A stretch of 64,000 nucleotides of DNA from Paraphysomonas bandaiensis (Eukaryota > Protista > Chrysophyceae): contig CBFFRP010000199.1 of NCBI GenBank assembly GCA_965644295.1, forward strand, positions 186,001-250,000. Direction: 5' to 3'. The notes under the pieces are model-generated. The model did not search any database and was not told where the DNA came from. It saw only the letters and a program-made list of their open reading frames with translations. Below, piece by piece: positions 35,616 through 48,677 of the stretch (position 1 is its first letter; the number at the start of each line of letters is the position of its first letter). Both the position numbers and the translations under genes were made by a program.

Positions 35616-36749
35616 CTATGCTATTTTACTATCTGGCGAGATAGCATGGATGACCATATGATGAATACTTTTGTACTTACGCTTCACATACGTACATCTC
35701 TCTGTTTCATACTTAAAAAATACAGATGGCAATTCGAGGTGTCTCTCAATGGCATCGATACTAGTAAATACGGGGACTACGGGGGTATCACTCGAGACAT
35801 CACCATTGGTACCCTTTGCAGTGCATTCAGAATAAGTTGAAACCCCCTGCAAACCTTTGTCGCTTGATACGGAAGCAGAGGCCTTGTCATGTGTCGCTTC
35901 CTCAGAAGGTGGTGCCTCAGGCCGGAATTCAGCACACACAGGTGGATGAAACAAATCACACAAGCGTTGGGCTAGCCGATGCTCATCACACCTACCATCT
36001 CCGCTACACATGTCCGTCGCAGATTCATTTCCTTCAGCCATAGAAATATCACTATGATCATTACGTAATGAAGAGGATTTCTGAGTTGCTGTTGACTCTC
36101 TCTCGAGCTGACGCGGTACGTCGCTGGCTGACACCATAGCACGCACATCGCAAACCACCTCCCGTACATCACTTTGAAGGTAAAATAATCCATTCGGCAT
36201 AAGATGTGCCCATACACTCCGCAGTAGAGACTGGGTCAAAATTCGCCTCTTCTTGTGCTTTCCCTTCCAATGGGGATCTGGGAATTGAACGCACACAATA
36301 TATACACTACAGCGCTGCTTGTCAAGATCACTAAGAATAGTCTCCAAGTCACCAGCTATGATATTTGCATGAATAAATCCTAAATTCTCGAAAGAATGAA
36401 CTTTACGGTTACTTTCAGTTTCATTCGTATCATGCACCTCACTGTGGTCCTGTTCCTTGTCATAATTCAATACAACCTCAGGGCAATGGTGCTGTCTAGT
36501 GGAAAGAAGAAGAGCATCTAACCTCAGCTCTAATCCCAAATAATTATAATCTATACAGTCTCTAGCAGCATTCAGTAACCATTCGCCTTCTCCACATCCT
36601 AAGTCTATAATGAACGGTTTGGATGTATCACGGAAAGACTGTTTTATCCAATCTGATGACAGTGTTGATAGGCAATTATTGTGTTTTGATTTAAGGGGGT
36701 TCAACTGACGAGGTGGCTCCCCATCGCGTCTTCTTTTACGCCGTCCCAT
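35616..36749 (-). CDS. tRNA (guanine-N7)-methyltransferase, TrmB/Trm8-like
   Basis: IDLGCGEG, YLGLELR, QFPDPHWKGKHKKRR, YLQSDV and C-terminal TERCTYV motifs. Confidence 0.9.
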   Translation of the reverse strand: MGRRKRRRDGEPPRQLNPLKSKHNNCLSTLSSDWIKQSFRDTSKPFIIDLGCGEGEWLLNAARDCIDYNYLGLELRLDALLLSTRQHHCPEVVLNYDKEQDHSEVHDTNETESNRKVHSFENLGFIHANIIAGDLETILSDLDKQRCSVYIVCVQFPDPHWKGKHKKRRILTQSLLRSVWAHLMPNGLFYLQSDVREVVCDVRAMVSASDVPRQLERESTATQKSSSLRNDHSDISMAEGNESATDMCSGDGRCDEHRLAQRLCDLFHPPVCAEFRPEAPPSEEATHDKASASVSSDKGLQGVSTYSECTAKGTNGDVSSDTPVVPVFTSIDAIERHLELPSVFFKYETERCTYVKRKYKSIHHMVIHAISPDSKIA

Positions 36750-37203
36750 AGTGTGTTATGATCCTATGAATCTATGGACAGCGTGAGTTAAGGTTACATG
36801 TAAGGTCATATATAGTATACATATACAGGGATCCATCCAAACCACGGTATACGAGATATACATTGTATTCCTCGAACTCGTACTGCAGTATTGTCTTACA
36901 CTACACTCTTATTGTGTCGTACAATTGTATATGTATAGCAGTACGGAGTACGGCATTCACGATATAGCCCTACAAAGTACAGCAGTACAACAGCATATAT
37001 GTATAGCAGTACATCGCACAACTCCTATGATACTCTACATATACTATACTGTACATGTACAGCAGTACATATATACATATAAGCTCACAGCTGGATGATA
37101 TATACAGAATTCCAGTTATATTAATACACCTCACGATAACATTATCAATCCACATAGGACGTGCTGTGAGGACCCCACTATATCGAATCAATTGAAGTAT
37201 ACT

Positions 37204-38438
37204 ATGTCAGGAGGATTCGGTCAGTACACTATCAAATAAACTCCTCTCTAATCTAATATATATATATATATACAGAGCACTGTCCTGTCACACTGGCATT
37301 CGCTATATTTACTACATTTTCATCATTATTTAAAAAGAAATCTTTCCAGAATGGCATAGGTTATGATTGTAATGCGTCCTTATACCCCTTATGTCTCTAC
37401 AGATACTCTCGCTCTAACACGTGGAGAATTTTCCCGTCTCATTACAGGACATGTATGTTTCAGCAGCATGCCTCAGGTGTTTATTGGCGTTATGTTAATG
37501 TACACTATGAGACAGTTTGAGAGACAGGTGATATCATGACTAATACATGGCATATATATGTAACTGCCACGCAGCTTGGAACTCGAAAGTTTGGTTCATT
37601 TGTTGCTGTGTCATACGCAATAGCGACGTTATCTCAACTTGCTGTCGTCACAACGGCATCTTCTATGGGCATTTCAATATCTATGGCTCCGGGACCGTAT
37701 TTCTTTATTTATTCCCTTTTAGCGCTCTATCACAGTACGTCGTGTAATGAATTGTGTGCTTTCATCATATCGTGTGTTTAGGACACGTTCCTAAGCTGCA
37801 TCCTAGCCGTCACTCACTGTTGGGCGGTTTTAGATTCTCCGAGAAGACGTGGACATATCTGTTCGCATTGCAACTTCTTCTGGGGGACGGCATAGGAAGT
37901 GTTTGCGCCGGCGGGTCTGGTCTAGCAGCCGGTTACCTTTATCTTAGCAACATTTTATGCCTCCAGTCATTCCGAATGCCTAGATTCATTGAGGTAGGAT
38001 GCAGTAGTATACATGCGCCTTGTTGATAACTCTCATACACTGTCGTGTGGCGTATACAGAGGCTCTGCTCTCCTGTTTCTTACCTTCTTGGTAATAACTA
38101 CCGACCCAACACTGCAGTACCAAATCCTTTGGGAGGGACTGGAGTAGGAAGGGCCCCACGTGTGCCTGCTGTTCCTGAATTTCAGCGTCAACAACAGGAC
38201 GATGGGTATAGTCATATGCTTCCTCCACAAGTGACAGCTCCTCCGTCGGAGGAAGATATACAAAGCATTGTGGTGAGTTACCAATTGCGCTCTATTGTCA
38301 CGCAAACTGTTGTAGTGTTTCTCTTACCTCTTTCATCAGAATCTTGGTTTTGAGAGGCAACAGGCCATCAACGCTTTGCGGCTTACAGGGAATAATGTGG
38401 AAGCAGCTGCCAATAATCTTTTCTCAGGGACCGACTAA
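37204..38438 (+). CDS. Rhomboid-like pseudoprotease with C-terminal UBA domain (UBAC2/Dsc2-like), multi-exon
   Basis: Spliced RQFERQLGTRKF, PGPY, FSEKTWTYLFALQL and UBA-like EEDIQSIV.LGF.RQQAINALRLTGNNVEAAANNL. Confidence 0.85.
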
Positions 38439-39184
38439 TGATTGACGTGGATACCGGTAGTATAAACAAAATAATATTTTTATCATACTAGTTTCCACTT
38501 GCATTCTGTAAGAGCAACAATGATGTCTTAGGTAGTAGCTGAGTAATTCGATTAATAGTTAGTTATATGAAATGGAGTGGATAATCGTATAAGAATATAC
38601 ACCATGTGGAACTCAGTCATTAGCCGGTGGAGGAATGGATGCAGAGCACGAGCTCTCCGCCAAGTATTTTTGTATCAGGCACAATCGAGTGCATGGTATA
38701 TACCAGTAGATTGCCATCAGCGTTTATATAGCTGACTACTACTTGTAAAAGTCGGTCTCCATGGTAACATCCAGCTATTGATATAAAAAGATCGTGCACA
38801 TTTTACAAGGACAAAGCAAACAAACATGTTGTTATTACGAAGATATATGAATAGCTTAACACATGCAGGGCTGGGACATACTGTTGCTATCTCATTGGCA
38901 GCCATTCTTGCAATTTCTGTCCCCCTTTTGGGCACAGCAAGAAGGAAACCATTTGATGAATTTTTCACATTCTTAGTGAATCGATTCCCGGAGCACGTAC
39001 GACTTAAAATGTACAAACACTATGATCTACGTATGCAAAATGCAGTATGGGTCATGACCTTTTGCCGTTATTAAAACTCAATTGAAAAAAACATCGCACA
39101 GTACTCAAACTGAATGAAGTGAACAAATCACCACCAACATTCAAGGCTGCGCTACATTAGCTAGAAATAAATTAATTTAATACG

Positions 39185-40462
39185 TTAATTAAAAGTAGCA
39201 CATTTTCCCGGATCTCCACAGCACCTACGATTCTTCAGAGCAATGCTGTCATATGTCATTTTCCAGTAGCCTACATTTTCGGAATCAGGATGTTCCGTGT
39301 ATACTCCATCGCTATTACGTTTCCAGATATCATCAAACGCCGTAATTCCAATTTTAGAGTATCCAGCCTTAATGAACGGTTCTTCATACATTTTATTGTG
39401 AAAAGAATTTTCAATCGATATGAAATCCACTTCCACCGCACTGAAGTTAATCCCTGACAGTGCCTTCAGTTCATAGCCCTCAATATCGAAATCCATATAA
39501 TCTACTTTATGCACATCATATTTATCAAACAAGGATTGCAATGTATCACATTCAGTGACAGTTCGATTATATGAGGTGCCCTCCATTTTCTGCATGATAT
39601 GCATATCATTATCTTCCTCCACGAATGCCAGTTGATGTCGGAGTGTTAACGGCACCGCAAATGTCAGGTGCCCTTTCGAATCAGAAATACACTTCTCAAC
39701 AACACGACACGACCGTACACTTCGAATTTTTTCCGCGAGCTGTGGGTTAGGCTCGATGCATATCCCGTCCCAGCCAAGACATCTGTCAAAGAACCAAGAA
39801 TTACTGTCACGAACTGGATCATTGGCCCCGACATCAACATAGAATCCTTTATAGCCGCTAGGATATAAACTCCTTTTCTTGAAAAAATTTTCATATAAAA
39901 AGTAATCTTGGTGCCATTGAGAATTGGAGCTTTCTAGACATGTATCAATACTTGTTGTGTCAAGCAGTAACCCCGCTCGTTTCCCATGGACAAGCATTCC
40001 ATTAAATAACTGCATGCAATACTCTTGTAGGATGTCATGCTCAACACAAAAACATGCAATTGAATGGTAAAAATCTACGTCTTTGTAGAGTTTATATTCA
40101 ACACTCGTATCTACATCATCGTACTGTATCATAACAGCAATGGAATATACGACATCATTGGGGTTATTGTTCATTGGACAGGTAGAGAATGAATACAAGG
40201 ACTTATCATCAATTCGACTGAATTGGGAAGTTGAGTCGCTCACAGTAATGAGAACATCAGGAGATATAGAGATCTTGAGAGCCTCTATGATAGAGTGGTA
40301 TGTATCTGTGGGTGATTGCGATGCAGATTCTATTGGATGTATACAAGCAAATTGAACGAGATACAGAAGTAGAACTATAGGTGGGTGGGATTTCATGTGA
40401 TGGTGTGAACAGATCCTAGTGTTCATGTATATATTATGGTGATCTGGATCATAGCTACTCAT
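39185..40462 (-). CDS. FkbM-family (Methyltransf_21) SAM methyltransferase, probably secretory
   Basis: SQWHQD, FYVDVGAND...SNS..F...LGWDGICIEPN and DIEGYEL motifs; hydrophobic N-terminal segment. Confidence 0.92.
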   Translation of the reverse strand: MSSYDPDHHNIYMNTRICSHHHMKSHPPIVLLLYLVQFACIHPIESASQSPTDTYHSIIEALKISISPDVLITVSDSTSQFSRIDDKSLYSFSTCPMNNNPNDVVYSIAVMIQYDDVDTSVEYKLYKDVDFYHSIACFCVEHDILQEYCMQLFNGMLVHGKRAGLLLDTTSIDTCLESSNSQWHQDYFLYENFFKKRSLYPSGYKGFYVDVGANDPVRDSNSWFFDRCLGWDGICIEPNPQLAEKIRSVRSCRVVEKCISDSKGHLTFAVPLTLRHQLAFVEEDNDMHIMQKMEGTSYNRTVTECDTLQSLFDKYDVHKVDYMDFDIEGYELKALSGINFSAVEVDFISIENSFHNKMYEEPFIKAGYSKIGITAFDDIWKRNSDGVYTEHPDSENVGYWKMTYDSIALKNRRCCGDPGKCATFN

Positions 40463-40969
40463 ATACTAGTATGGGTATACATATGGATATGATGGACGAA
40501 GTAGAGTCGGAAGCAAGAAGTCGGCATCCTTTGTGTATTTTTGTTCCAATAAGCCTCTAATATTGAGACAACAATTATATGTATTACAGACGTAGTTGTA
40601 TAGCAGTAATATAAAGAATATTTGCTTTAATATATTTCCGAAAAATAAGATGCTGACTGCCCATACGAGTGCGTGTTCAACTCAACTAAATTCATCAGTA
40701 CGACGTATTCTTGCTGTATAGTATACCATCGTATACTGGTATACGCAGAGCTGAAAACTGACTGATATAACGACTAAAATATGCCATTTTTTATAGCATG
40801 AATCTTATAAAATGGAGATATTGGTATCAGCGTGGGATAAAAAACAAGAACATATGGAACAGCGGGGGATAGAAAACAACACACGTAGGTAGTGATGCAT
40901 AATGTGGTTGCTTGGATACAGGCAGCTATGATAAATATATTAACATAATTAGAAAGGACCTAACGCAAT

Positions 40970-41776
40970 ATGAAAGCCAGTACATCATTTCGAGATTTCA
41001 TCTTCGGGGTGCTTTCCTCATCTTTACTCTTTATCGGAGTTCTCTATGCAACCGATCATTTGACACCGTTCTTTTGCTCGCCACATACGTCCAAATCAAC
41101 ACCCCAAATAATCAAGTCTCTAGATTCGAAATCTTTTCCACATTTATCAAGATCACTACAAGAATCAATCCCTATATCTGAAGAGGTGAAAGCCTTTCAA
41201 GCAGCTATACAACGCGATATGGAGGCGAAGGGCAGAAAGAATTTGGTTAGTGCTATTCCTAAAGGCACCATTGGAATGGAAATTGGTGTTTGGAGGGGGG
41301 AGTTTTCACAACTATTTGTAAATGTTGTTGAACCTAAGGAACTGCATCTTGCTGACCCTTGGGCTTTTCAGCCACAATTTTCGCACAGACTCTATGGTGG
41401 GTCTAAAGGGGGAAATTCACGGAAGCAACTCGGTATGGATAAAATATATAGCGATGTTGTCGAAAGATTTAAGGATGTTCCTTCTGTTCAAGTTCATCGC
41501 AACTGGTCTTGCACTTTACAGTATGTCTTTGAGAAGGATTACTTCGACTGGATATACATAGATGGCAATCACTATTTTGACGGAGCGTTTGCAGACCTTT
41601 GCACAACTCTTAAGCTTGTGAAAGTGGGAGGTTTTTTGCTTGGTGATGATGTAGAATGGAAAAATGATGGTGGCGAACGGAGTGTAGAATTAGCCCTCGA
41701 ACATTTCTTGAAGTTTGAGAAGTGTGCGAAAAAAGTTGCGATTGGGAATAACTTCGTATTACAAAGAGTGTGTTGA
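40970..41776 (+). CDS. Class I SAM methyltransferase (Methyltransf_24-like), type II membrane anchor
   Basis: EIGVWRGEFS, DPW, DWIYIDGNH and GGFLLGDD motifs; N-terminal TM. Confidence 0.92.
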   Translation: MKASTSFRDFIFGVLSSSLLFIGVLYATDHLTPFFCSPHTSKSTPQIIKSLDSKSFPHLSRSLQESIPISEEVKAFQAAIQRDMEAKGRKNLVSAIPKGTIGMEIGVWRGEFSQLFVNVVEPKELHLADPWAFQPQFSHRLYGGSKGGNSRKQLGMDKIYSDVVERFKDVPSVQVHRNWSCTLQYVFEKDYFDWIYIDGNHYFDGAFADLCTTLKLVKVGGFLLGDDVEWKNDGGERSVELALEHFLKFEKCAKKVAIGNNFVLQRVC

Positions 41777-42688
41777 CCTCGTACAAGTTTTAAGAATTCG
41801 TATCCTGAGAAGGGATATATACGTGTTAACTGTGTCATTCTTAGACAGTCTCTATCCAGCGATAGCTACGACGATACAATTGCAGGACGTAATGCCTTAA
41901 ACTCAATTGTGAAAGACGTAATACTAGCTCTAATATGCACTATCGTAATAGATGTGGTACACGGAAAAGTATCTACTTAGCATCCGCCTGCTACTGGTAC
42001 TTGCTTAGGAAGAGTTATGATCAATATCGCCCCATCTCACTACGGTTTTGAAAACATTATTTCACGTGACGCCCATTTCACTGCGCTCACTATTAATAGC
42101 TTAATATGCTCTAGTATACTGGTATATTTGTATATACTATATACTTGGTTGTCATCCTGACATTGTAGTCCTTATCTGCTAGCACTTAGGGCATGCAGTG
42201 TACTTGAATAGATAAAAAAGTAGAAATAGGACAATATTACACAATGTAATATGATAACAGGGTATATACAGTTTATTGTTTATTGCGGTATCTATTTAGT
42301 GCAGAGGGTATGTCAACATTTATATACGGTAAGGTTGTAGAAAACTTAAAAGAGTATATAAAATATTATTACCCAGTAAGAAATCAATTGTAATGATATA
42401 CCATTTCAACGCGAATTTTAAGATATACGATACAACGTATTTCTGTCGGAAAAGTACTATTTTAATATTTTAATGCATGATGCATATATTAATATCCATG
42501 ACAAATGTAACATATATAAGATATAAGGCATTAAAAAATACAGTGTTATGTAGAAAGTAGACTATTTTACGTAAGTATAATACCAGATAATGGAATACCA
42601 GGAATGCTTTATATAGATGATCCAAAGACGATGATCGTAAAGTGTAGAAATATAAACCTTTAATTCAATGCAAAAGCATAACACGGCG

Positions 42689-43672
42689 TCAATCTTTGAA
42701 CTTACCTCTGGGTTGAAGAAGATCAAAAAGACATAGTTCAGTACAGGATAGTGGGGGAGGAGGTGGAGGAGGCCAGTGGTATGCATCCGCTATCTCTCCT
42801 GGTAGTGGTCCACGGGCAACAGTAATCACGTGCGTATTATCAAGACTGCTGAAAGTAAAACTCCACTGAGGGCAAGGCCGATTGTCGATACGCGCTATGG
42901 CATATCCTTCGATCCCCCCTCTTCCGGAAGGGTAGTTACTACGAAACGATATATTAAATTCAATCGTGCTCAAGTCCATCTGCAGTCCGTCCCCTACAGC
43001 CTTAATGTAAGCCTCTTTGAGCGACCAGTTGATAAAAAAGTGGTTGTACACTTCCCTATCAGTCGGGTACAGCAAAGATTCTCGCAATTCGATGGCAGTA
43101 AAGTGGTACTTGAATAACTTCACATATGCCGCAGCAGACCCCTGCCACGAACGCCGTGGGGAAAGAGCCACAATGTCAATACCCACCAGATGGTCTGTCG
43201 CACTGGTAATCCCCACATACGAGCCGTGGTGTGAAGTGTTATAGTTCCAGTTTCCCACTTTGTGGTAGCATGACACGACATAAGGCTTGTTCGCCTGAGT
43301 ACGTTTGATCTCATACTCCGAGTCACCACAGCCTAGCTGCTTACGAATTATTTTGCGCTGCAAGAGTGTACTCACCACGGAACGTTTCCAGTCCTCATAC
43401 TGTCTCAGATTTTGTATCTTTTCTTTCTCGTGTGACGTGAGGCTCTCTAATACAGTATCAGTAATTTCTGTTGGCTCTATTTGTTTCACGTCGACGACAA
43501 CAACCTCCCCCAGTTGCTCCTCCAGATTCTTTTTGACAGGGTAGTGCTCATCATCAAAACACAATTTAGGATATGTAGATTTGCAGTTAAAGTCAAAATC
43601 AAGATCACAGGACACTGATGTCGGTGAGTCCGGGTAAGGAGTTTTGGCCTTGCGATTAGGTGTTGATGTCAT
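42689..43672 (-). CDS. Sfp/AASDHPPT-type 4'-phosphopantetheinyl transferase
   Basis: NKPY, YNTSHHG, VGIDIV and WSLKEAYIKAVGDGL motifs. Confidence 0.93.
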   Translation of the reverse strand: MTSTPNRKAKTPYPDSPTSVSCDLDFDFNCKSTYPKLCFDDEHYPVKKNLEEQLGEVVVVDVKQIEPTEITDTVLESLTSHEKEKIQNLRQYEDWKRSVVSTLLQRKIIRKQLGCGDSEYEIKRTQANKPYVVSCYHKVGNWNYNTSHHGSYVGITSATDHLVGIDIVALSPRRSWQGSAAAYVKLFKYHFTAIELRESLLYPTDREVYNHFFINWSLKEAYIKAVGDGLQMDLSTIEFNISFRSNYPSGRGGIEGYAIARIDNRPCPQWSFTFSSLDNTHVITVARGPLPGEIADAYHWPPPPPPPLSCTELCLFDLLQPRGKFKD

Positions 43673-44266
43673 ACTCTACAGCAGATATGTATATATGAAA
43701 TAGAGCGAGAATACTGATGTTCTGCAGCATCCGAAATCAAGTTTGGCGATTATTCAGGGCGTGGGATTGGGGAGTCGTTGCAACGCTCAGTGGACTTCAA
43801 TGCAACAGACATCACTCCAACCATCAGTCAGGAGCGATATCTAAAGACTGAAGCAAGATGATTACAAGTGTCTGTTATATAGCATCACATGTATACTTTG
43901 AACACTGTCATTTAGCACCATCTGTATTGAAACTACAGTGACACTAGAGAAAATATAGTGCAAATATGTAGGAGTTCAATCACATCTGCTATGCCCATTG
44001 CACATCTACCTGAATATGCATACGCTACAGACTATAGCCTACAGTCACATGCTGCTGTATGCCCCGCAACGTATATACGAGTATATGAGCAGAGTACAGT
44101 ACAGTATTCCTACAGGATGTGGACACTTTTCTACTGCTGTACACTACTGTAGGGTATATATATACATCGTATTCCGGAAACATCCTCGACATTTCTCGCA
44201 GCTTCATAACACACACATATCCATATAGATCACAGTCATAACACATCACATACTTTAAATCTACAT

Positions 44267-45099
44267 ATGAACACCTCTGTACTGAGATCTGATTGGGATT
44301 CAACCCAAACAACAATTGAAACACTTGACTTATTACCATATGAAGGCAAGAAGAAGTTTGCAATCGTCTTACACAATATATGCACCCCACAAGAGTGTCA
44401 GGATTTCATTCGTATCTCAGAGGAAAATGGATACGAACAAGCTCTTGTAAGTTGTGATCTAGTTATCGATAGAGTTATTGACAAGATTCGCAGGTTAATG
44501 TTGGTGGTGGAAGACAGTGCTCTATGACTGATATACGCAACAATGATAGAAGTATAATTGATGACCCTGTAACTGCGGAGATATTGTGGCAGCGTATTCT
44601 ACTCGCTTGCCAGCATGATACTAACTTGCTACATGCACCATGGGTAGGAACGGGTTTATTCGCAGTCGGAATCAACGAGCGACTTAGATTCCTCCGATAC
44701 GACCCGGGCACATACTTTACACAACATTATGATGGCTCTTACAGACGTGGCAATGAAGCAGGAGAGTCACGCTGTGGAGAAACATCATATGTAACTATGC
44801 AGTTGTATTTAAACGAGGGGTTCGAAGGTGGGGCAACAAGTTTTTCTAAATTTGGAAGAGCCACCTCCCCTAACAGGTTAGATGTTATTCCACGTACGGG
44901 ATCTGTGTTACTATTTGAGCACCAGTGCTCTCACGAGGGTGCTGTGTTGATAAGTGGCCGTAAGTATGCGATACGATCGGACGTTATGTACACCACTAAG
45001 GGGGATCAGGAGACATATGCTCTCAACCCGATTTCGTTAAATAAGGTGCTGGAACCACCACCGTTGGAGAAGAAAAAAAAGCGTCCGTCTAACACCTAA
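44267..45099 (+). CDS. 2-oxoglutarate/Fe(II) dioxygenase (prolyl-4-hydroxylase-like), 2 exons
   Basis: LRYDPG..F..HYD, LYLNEGFEGGAT, HEG and KYAIRSDV motifs. Intron at about 44447-44492. Confidence 0.92.
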
Positions 45100-45355
45100 A
45101 AGCCAAATCCAGATGATGATGGGTGCTCAGTATCCTAGATCATAGCCGGTTGTTTTAATTAGAGTAATTCCACAAACGTAATCTTACTAATTTCTATCAG
45201 CATACTGTGCATTAGATCTATGACATATCTAAGCCGCCGTTTACCGTTTACACTCTACTAGAAACAGTACTGTAGTTTACAACTACAAATCTTTCCATTA
45301 GATACAATGTGTAAGATTATAGTTACTCCTGGTATCCGCCAGCGCTTGGTTCTAT

Positions 45356-45428
45356 CAGGGCTAGGAAACAATATATTGAATTGCAATGCATTGTACAATA
45401 TATTGCAATATATCGTTTCCTAGCCCTG
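45356..45428. mobile_element. 73-bp hairpin MITE (CAGGG family)
   Basis: 14-bp perfect TIR CAGGGCTAGGAAAC, continuing imperfectly inward. TSD GGTTCTAT / GTTTCTAT matches at 7 of 8. Confidence 0.88.
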
Positions 45429-45838
45429 GTTTCTATTCCTTCACTTTGGCATTCAAAGCATTCACGGCACTGGGAAGTAATCAAATTCCCCAATGTTGTC
45501 ACCATCAATCCCTGTGAATACACTGAATTTCATAATTGATGTGTAGTAAGCTCAAATCATTATGTCATCAATGAACGCATTCAGGAAGCCAATTACTCTG
45601 TTGGGAAACTAACTCTTGTTCAAATATATGGCAATAATCTTAAGCGTTCGCTTAACACTGAGGTTCCAACTCATCCAACAAATTACTTCTTATATATCGT
45701 AGAGGTATAGTTACCACCAACGAATTCCTTAGCACTTGCTCAATTCATATGCTACCCCTCTACTTCGACCACTAGTGAACTAATTACATGTCATTCTCAC
45801 CCCAACTCACAACCACAGTTGCTACAACAGTGACATAA

Positions 45839-46406
45839 TTAACTCTTCTCATGCATAGATGATTCGTCTTTATTGTCCTCAGTTTCTTTGCTTTGTTCGT
45901 CCAGTTCGTTATCACTATCTTCACTACTTGAATCGGAATTGCTATCATCTTCATCCTCGTCATCAGACATGGCTTTCATAATTTCACTAAAATAATCTGA
46001 GTTGTCGCCCTGGCACTTGAGTAGTGGCTCAAACTTGCATGCACACTTTTCAACAAAATCCTCATCATTGGCTTTCGCATTATCTACGCACTGTGCCCAG
46101 GCTATGAACTGAGTCACCGTGGTTAGATTGTGTACGCATAATTACTTACTACAATCTCACCTGGTCTCTGCAAGGAGAGTCTAAAAACATTTTACAAAGT
46201 GGGCATTTCTGTTTTTCAGCAAGCCACTCATCAGGATCCTCATCAGGTTTCACACTTGGAGTTGGTATTGTAGACGGTGCGTTTGTTTCAGGAACTCCCT
46301 TCAAGTCGTCAGCCCAGCTGGCTGCACCACGAACATTGAAAACAACTGCACCTGCAACCAGAGGTGTGGCAGTTTTTCTTAGAGCGAAAGCAATCCGACG
46401 CATCAT
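45839..46406 (-). CDS. GCK-domain / twin-CX9C protein, probably mitochondrial; 2 exons
   Basis: Spliced CPLC..FLDSPCRDQFIAWAQC...EKCACKFEPLLKC..NSDYF. Basic amphipathic N-terminus and acidic tail. Intron at about 46110-46159. Confidence 0.82.
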
Positions 46407-46959
46407 TTCAATTTCTATTGTAATCCTACTACTATCACTATCTCGTGGATGTATTGTGTACAATGCAATATGGCTGCAACAGGAATGACTATAGAACTAT
46501 ACGTACATAGCTACATACATATATATGTAGCTATATGGAACGAATAGGAATACAGAATACAGAATACCATTCTACGTTTGTGTGGATGAGAGGAAGGTAT
46601 GCTGCTGTATACTGATAATACGTATAGAAACAAAGTATGTATGCATATAGCTGTATATGAATGTATATATGTATCTGATTGTGTTCACTCTGTATACGTA
46701 TGTATATATGTGTCCAGTGTATACAGCTGTATATATGTCGTATATGTTATGTATAAAGGTGTATTTGTAGTGAGGTTTGATGTATTTGTAGAGATCTCAG
46801 TGCGTACAGTGTATATGTACAGCAGTACCAGTACACGTACACGTACACGTACACGTATAGATACAGGGGGAATCTATCTCACAGCACAGTCATATGAATA
46901 GACCAGCATGTTAATATATACATAGATACATGACCCTATATGTTTAATACTAATTGAAC

Positions 46960-48677
46960 ATGTCCAGTACTGCAAGCAATGCATTTGATGACTCTTATAT
47001 GCAGAGGCGGACGTCTCTGACGGCTGCTATACGAGAGGCTGTATTAGATATGCATATCAAGAAGCATGTATGGAAACCCCCTCAATTACATAGAGACACA
47101 CATTTACCACCAACATTTGCTGCAACTGGTGGAGAGGTTCGGTCGAGATATGATACACATCGGGAGGAGACCTGGTATGAGCTGTTCTATGATCTAGTGT
47201 TTGTTGCAGCCGCTATACAGATAGGGCACATAGCACAGTCTGATATATCTGTTATCGGGTTGTTTAAGTCTGGTCTTATGTTTGCTGTAATGCGAGCTAC
47301 CTGGGATCAGCTAATGTTTTATCAAAATAGATTCGACACGAAAGATCTCGTCCATTATGTGTACTATTTGGTACAGGCTATGTGTGCGTTTATAATGGCA
47401 GAGCATTTAACGGTTGATGAAAATGATGGTAAATGGGATGAAGGTCGTAACTTAGTTCCCTTTGCAGTAGCTGTAGTTACGGCTAGGTTGTTAAATTCCG
47501 CCATGTATTTCCAAGTAATGTCGCTATCCACTGCTTATAGACACCACCTGTTGGCCGTATCCCTATCTCTTATATTTGCGGCTATTGTTTACATCTTACC
47601 AGTATTACTACCTGGACAGTATTATGTATACTGGATGACAGCCCTTATGTGCGAGCGTACGTGTGTTATGCTGTACATTCGCTACTTTATCCCCAATGAC
47701 GATTCAGCTTTACTGGCGCCTTGGCATATGGGTCATCTTATACACCGTGAAGTACGAACCCCTTATATCTTCACAATATAGTACAGCGCACCTATATGCA
47801 TGAATTCACTGTGGTTGTGGTAATTGTTCACTGTGTTTTGCTATGTAGTGGTACAATATATAATACTTTTGGGGAATCGATACGTAATTTTGTTATGTTC
47901 ATGATGTACGAGATTTCCCCGCTTTTTCCATTTTAACATAGTATGCAGGGCACTTTTATCTTATTGATTCTCGGAGAGGCAATTATTCAGCTCGTGCAGC
48001 ACCCTGGGGGTCTTGCAGCTAATGACTATGCTCGTGGATTAATGGGATTTGCTACTGTTTTCAATGTAGGAGATATGTACTATCAGCAGCAGCTTCTCGA
48101 GAAAGAAGTTATTCGTGACTATCATACCAAGTCACCATCTTATTTGTGGATCTCAGTCCACCTTCTGTTGTCAATGTCAATTCTTTTTTTTGCTGCAGGA
48201 ATCAAGCTAGTGTATGACGAGGAGTTAGGAGAGAGGAAGGTTAAGGAGGAGTTGTTAATGTGTACATCGGCCTCTATTTGCATTGGTTTAATATTTGTAC
48301 TGCGTATGCAATACAAGGGTGTATTTTATGCCGGAGTTAATTATTATCGATATCTCTCTTATGCTTTCCGATTTAGTATTGCCGGGATATGCGCGACTAT
48401 CCCAGTGTTTACACATGATTCAACTCGGTCAGTGGGGGCACTTTTCGTGCTTACGAGCGTGCTTGTCGTACAGGTACAAGTTGTTTACATATTGCGCCTT
48501 AAATGTGTATCATGAAATCTTTATTGACGTGCCGGGATATATATCTAATTACACTGTGCACAGGATTTATTTTCCCACAGTGCCAGCGTCAGTCGTACAA
48601 ACAGCATTTGCTCATCTGCTCAAACTGGAGTTCCAAAACCTTCTGCTGATTTCTTTGAAGACTCATCCTCCAGGTAA
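46960..48677 (+). CDS. LtrA (low temperature requirement A)-like multipass membrane protein; 3' end uncertain (about 48677 or 48876)
   Basis: TWYELFYDLVFVAA, YQNRFD and HLIHREGTFILLILGEAI motifs, the last spanning an intron of about 200 nt. Confidence 0.85.

Noticed and set aside
38717-39074. Overlapping short ORFs on both strands
   Set aside because: No motif and no consistent splice model; they lie in a convergent 3' spacer.
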